From positions 124,001 to 188,000 of the forward strand of contig NW_026948140.1 of NCBI RefSeq assembly GCF_963921235.1: a stretch of DNA of 64,000 bases, written 5' to 3'. This stretch comes from Mobula hypostoma (lineage: Eukaryota). Under the pieces are notes generated by a model. The model was given only the letters and a program-made list of their open reading frames with translations, searched no databases and was not told the origin of the DNA. Positions 59,767 through 64,000 of the stretch are shown one piece after another. The first letter of the stretch is position 1, and each line of letters starts with the position of its first letter. A program made the translations under genes and the position numbers.

Positions 59767-62720
59767 CTCTCAACTCGGTGAGCTGACAGGCTCCATCCAT
59801 CCCTTTGGGTCGGGTAAGACTCCCGGAAGCAACGGTTTACCGGCTGAGTTGTACTCGGCTCTGTGGAACTGGATGGGCCCAGACCTGCTGGAAGTGTACA
59901 ACGCTATGCTTCTGGCCGGCAGTATGTCTGAGTCCATGAGGAAGGGCATCATCACCCTCATCTACAAGCAGAAGGGGGAAAGGGAGGACATTAGAAATTG
60001 GAGACCCATCTCTCTCTTGAATGAGGATTACAAGATCCTGTCCAAGGCTATCGCCAACAGGGTCAAGTCTGCTCTAGGACAGGTGATCCACCCAGACCAA
60101 ACCTGTGCTGTACCGGCAGGAAGATCTCAGACAGCCTTGCGCTGCTGAGGGACACCATCGCCTACATGCAAGACAGGGGGGTGGACGCCTGCCTGGTCAG
60201 CTTGGACCAGGAGAAAGCCTTCGACAGGATATCGCACACGTACATGGCGGACGTGCTCTCCAAAATGGGATTTGGGAGGGAATCCGGAATAGGATTAGAC
60301 TGCTCTACACAGACATCCGTAGTGCAGTCCAGGTCAACGGGTGGGAAACAGACAGCTTCCCCATCAGGTCTGGAGTCAGGCAGGGCTGTCCCCTCTCCCC
60401 TGTCTTGTTTGTCTGCTGCATAGAACCGTTTGCGGAAGCCATCAGGAGAGATGAGGCCATAAGAGGGGTGACGCTGCCAGGCAGTGGAGGGACCCAAGTG
60501 AAAACCTCCCTGCACATGGACGATGTCACCGTCTTCTGCTCTGATCCGAGGTCAGTTCACAGGTTGATTGGCACCCGCGAACAGTTCGAGCTAGTGTCGG
60601 GGGCCAGGGTCAACCGCACGAAGAGCGAAGCCATGCTCTTCGGCAACTGGCCCGACCGATCCAGCGTCCCCTTCACCATCAGGTCTGACCACGTGAAGGT
60701 GTTGGGGATCTGGTTCAGAGGGGCTGAGGCGTGCAACAAGAACTGGCAGGAGCGGACTGCCAAGGTGAAACAGAAACTGGGACTGTGGGGAGGGCGCTCC
60801 CTGTCGATAACGGGCAAGAACCTGGTCATCAGCTGTGAGGTGCTCTCAGGCTGCTGTACTTGGCGCAGGTCTGGCCCGTCCCCCGCTCCTACAGCTCGGA
60901 AATCACCTGGGCTGTCTTCAGATTCGTCTGGGGATCCAAGATGGAGCGGGTGAGACGGACCGTCATGCACAAGTCCCTGGACAACGGGGGCAAGAACGTC
61001 CCCAATGTCGCCCTCACCCTGATGGCCAACTTCGTAAGTGGCTGCATCAGGTTGTGTGTAGAAACATAGAAACATAGAAACATAGAAAATAGGTGCAGGA
61101 GTAGGCCATTCGGCCCTTCGAGCCTGCACCGCCATTTATTATGATCATAGCTGATCATCCAACTCAGAACCCAGCCTTCCCTCCATACCCCCTGACCCCT
61201 GTAGCCACAAGGGCCATATCTAACTTCCTTTTAAACATAGCTAATGAACTGGCCTCAACAGTTTGCTGTGGCAGAGAATTCCACAGATTCACCACTCTCT
61301 GTGTGAAGAAGTTTTTCCTAACCTCGGTCCTAAAAGGCTTCCCCTCTATCCTCAAACTGTGACCCCTCGTTCTAGACCTCCCCAACATCGGGAACAATCT
61401 TCCCGCATCTAGCCTGTCCAATCCCTTTAGGATCTTATACGTTTCAATCAGATCCCCCCTCAATCTTCTAAATTCCAACGAGTACAAGCCCAGTTCATCC
61501 AGTCTTTCTTCATATGAAAGACCTGCCATCCCAGGAATCAATCTGGTGAACCTTCTTTGTACTCCCTCTATGGCAAAGATCTCTTTCCTCAGATTAGGGG
61601 ACCAAAACTGCACACAATACTCCAGGTGTGGTCTCACCAAGGCCTTGTACAACTGCAGTAGTACCTCCCTGCTCCTGTACTCGAATCCTCTGGCTATAAA
61701 TGCCAGCATACCGTTCGCCTAGAACCCAGGTATGTGGGCACCAAGTACCACTATGTGCCCAGGTTCTACCTGTCGCCCTGGCTACGAAGGATGGGTCTGG
61801 CCCCACTCCCGCGCAACGCCCCAGTCAGCTGGTCGTTGCCGGCATACCCGTCCTACGGAGCAAAGTTCTTCCAGGAGAACGCCTTTGACCACAGGGCCGT
61901 CAGGCAGTGGTCAGCACGTAGTGTCCTGCAGGCACTGCAGGAGAAGGACGTGATGGACACAGTGGGGTGGTTCCCTGAGCAGACTGTGAAGTTCATCTGG
62001 CAAAATGCCTCATCGCCAGATCTCACCAACAGGCACCAAGACCTCCTCTGGCTGGCGGTGAGAGGGGCCCTCCAAGTCAGAGCCCTCCTGTACGCCCGGA
62101 ACGTCGTCTCCGCACCCCACTGCCCACGGGAGGACTGCAGTGAGGAGGAGTCTGTGACCCACCTCTTTGCACACTGCCAGTTCGCAAAGAGGGTGTGGAG
62201 GAGGATGGACGGGCTAGTGTCACGTTTTATCCCCAGCAACTGTGTAACAGAGGACTCTCTGGTCTACGGGCTGTTCCCGGGGACGCACACGGAGATCAAC
62301 ATCCGGTGCTGCTGGCAGATCATCAGCTCGGTGAAAGACGCTCTTTGGTCGGCCCGAAACTTGATGATCTACCAGCACATGGAGATGTCCGTGGGAGAAT
62401 GCTGCCGACTGGCACATTCTCGGCTGCAGGAGTACGTGCTGAGGGACGCACTGAAACTTGGTGCAGCCACCGCAAGAGCCCGGTGGAGAAGGACCATAAT
62501 ATAGGTTTCTCCACCCGTGGGAGTGGGAGGGGTCGGAGGGCGGGGAGTATACCCCTCAACAATGATATGGTAAGCTGAACTACTGGAGTGCCACGTGGGT
62601 GGCTATAAATACGGATATGTACTGACTATAATGGAAACGTATGTAAAGGATGAAAAGTTATTGAATGGTTTATTGTATATATTTATTTTTGAATAAAGTA
62701 TATTTTAAAATAAAAAAAAA
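59767..62720 (+). mobile_element. L1/Tx1-clade LINE RT-to-3' fragment (copy 2) with poly(A)
   Basis: KTPGSNGLPAE, NWRPISLLN, LDQEKAFD, GVRQGCPLSP and HMDDV; the 3' ~1.4 kb is nearly identical to copy 1. Confidence 0.92.
61064..61719 (-). mobile_element. Young CR1 family A 3' fragment nested in the Tx1-like LINE
   Basis: ORF 61164..61709 is nearly identical to the end of the 53417 ORF; TSD TAGAA. Confidence 0.95.
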
Positions 62721-64000
62721 TTCTCGTTTTAAAATAGCACCATTAGTATTTATTCTCCCTCTCCCCCCGAGAAAGAGCCTCGGCTATGGTGTGTGAATTA
62801 ATGGCAGGGGTGCCATTTGATACAAGAAGAAAATGTCAACAAATTATTAACAATTGGTAAACTTGCCCCAAGATAAATCAAATGATAACCTGTCCCATCC
62901 AAATGAAAAAAAAAGTGTGGCAAAATGCCGAAACACAGAAAAATGTGGCATCAAGTATTTCCCAAAACAATGTGGAAATTTACTCAATTGATTAAACCAC
63001 AAGCTCTGTCCAAGTGGAAGTGGGTGTAAATGAACAGAGGGGAATGAAATGGTGTTATTAATGATTGGATGACGAATTTTTTCCAAGTCATGAGGACATG
63101 GCTATTTGTGGTGGGGGAGAGTAATGCCCTGGTTCACATCTTTACTGTTGTGCTGTAGGTATTTCATTTTGCTGTTCTGTAAGAGCAGTCTGTTCTGCTT
63201 TCAGTCTGTTTGGGTTATTGTTGAAGATAAGGGATGATGTGGAATGTGTGCCACCTGCAGCCCCCTGATAAGCCTCAGGCTCGCTCAGCTCACTGTCGTC
63301 TAGGGGGAGCAGCCTTTGGCCCCAACAAACTGGGTCATCAAGTTTTAGTGGATGCTGTGTGATGTACCCCATCCCGCCAAAAAACAGACAATACACCATA
63401 TGCGATTAAATGATTACATTTTATAGATCTTACTAGAACTATGTAATTAATAGAGATAAAATATAAAAGGAAAATAAAAGGCGCCAAAATTATCAAAGTT
63501 CAACCACTTCGGGCACAACAGTTGGAGCTTAAGTAACAGGGTATTCTTTCCACCATGCGATCCCCTCCGACCCCGTCGACCCGCCGCCTGGGACCAACCA
63601 CGGTGGTCGACCGGACGCTCCACACGAGTCTGTCCTCGTCTCCTCTCCTCGCCGAAGACCCTGGGCCTCGGACTCCCGCTCAGGGTCAGTCCCTCCGCCC
63701 AGGGTCACAGCATCGCATCTCCTCTCTCTGTCCCCATCGCGCATTTTCCCTCCAAGACCGCGAACAATAGCTTACAGACACACAAGAAAGAATAACATCT
63801 ATCCCAATTGGTTAACAAATGATTACAATACTCTTTATAACCCAAACAAGCTGCTAGAGAGAAAACTTTCTCAGCATTTGTTATCACATAAAAGCTATTT
63901 TAATTACGGTATAACATAACAAAGAAGCCATTTTGTTAGCCTTCGCAGTAACATAAAAGAACAAACCCCTTACACATCTAATTAGGAGGCGTTTTCTTAG
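62721..64000 (+). mobile_element. LTR element 3' end (PPT ~63110-63119, LTR from 63120) with a nested reverse solo LTR (63256-63974)
   Basis: From 62781 onward it is the reverse complement of 17244-18460; the ORF-track peptides of the two copies are nearly identical. Confidence 0.75.

Noticed and set aside
442..62578. Many recurring antisense or alternate-frame ORFs (e.g. MIMADHPTQ..., [11 protein letters not shown]...)
   Set aside because: They are shadows of repeated LINE sequence, not independent genes.
1..64000. Prokaryotic RT systems (retron, DGR, group II intron) or CRISPR arrays
   Set aside because: The RTs I can classify carry eukaryotic LINE, Penelope or Gypsy signatures, and there is no repeat-spacer array.

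Overview
Repeat-saturated vertebrate genomic DNA. The CR1/Penelope/Rex1/Tx1/Gypsy mix suggests a cartilaginous fish such as a ray or shark, but that is inference. Most of the window is nested transposable elements: many CR1 LINEs (one essentially full length), Penelope RT/GIY-YIG elements, Rex1/Babar-like and L1/Tx1-like LINEs, Gypsy LTR remnants and solo LTRs, two Tc1 elements, a hAT (Buster/Charlie-type) fossil and a Harbinger derivative. The ORF track largely misses one host gene on the minus strand, an IFITM (CD225/dispanin) gene that I read by hand. It has one exon 2 (27757-27927) but two intact, divergent exon-1-type cassettes (47996-48154 and 46438-46530/46539). Each cassette encodes an amphipathic helix plus the CC motif and ends in a phase-0 GTGAGT donor, so the gene could use alternative N-terminal halves or make an in-frame tandem double-helix IFITM. 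A ~1.2 kb inverted repeat brackets the gene. A CR1 insertion is flanked by a 211-bp direct duplication. No RNA genes or CRISPR arrays are supported. Boundaries of old fragments are approximate.
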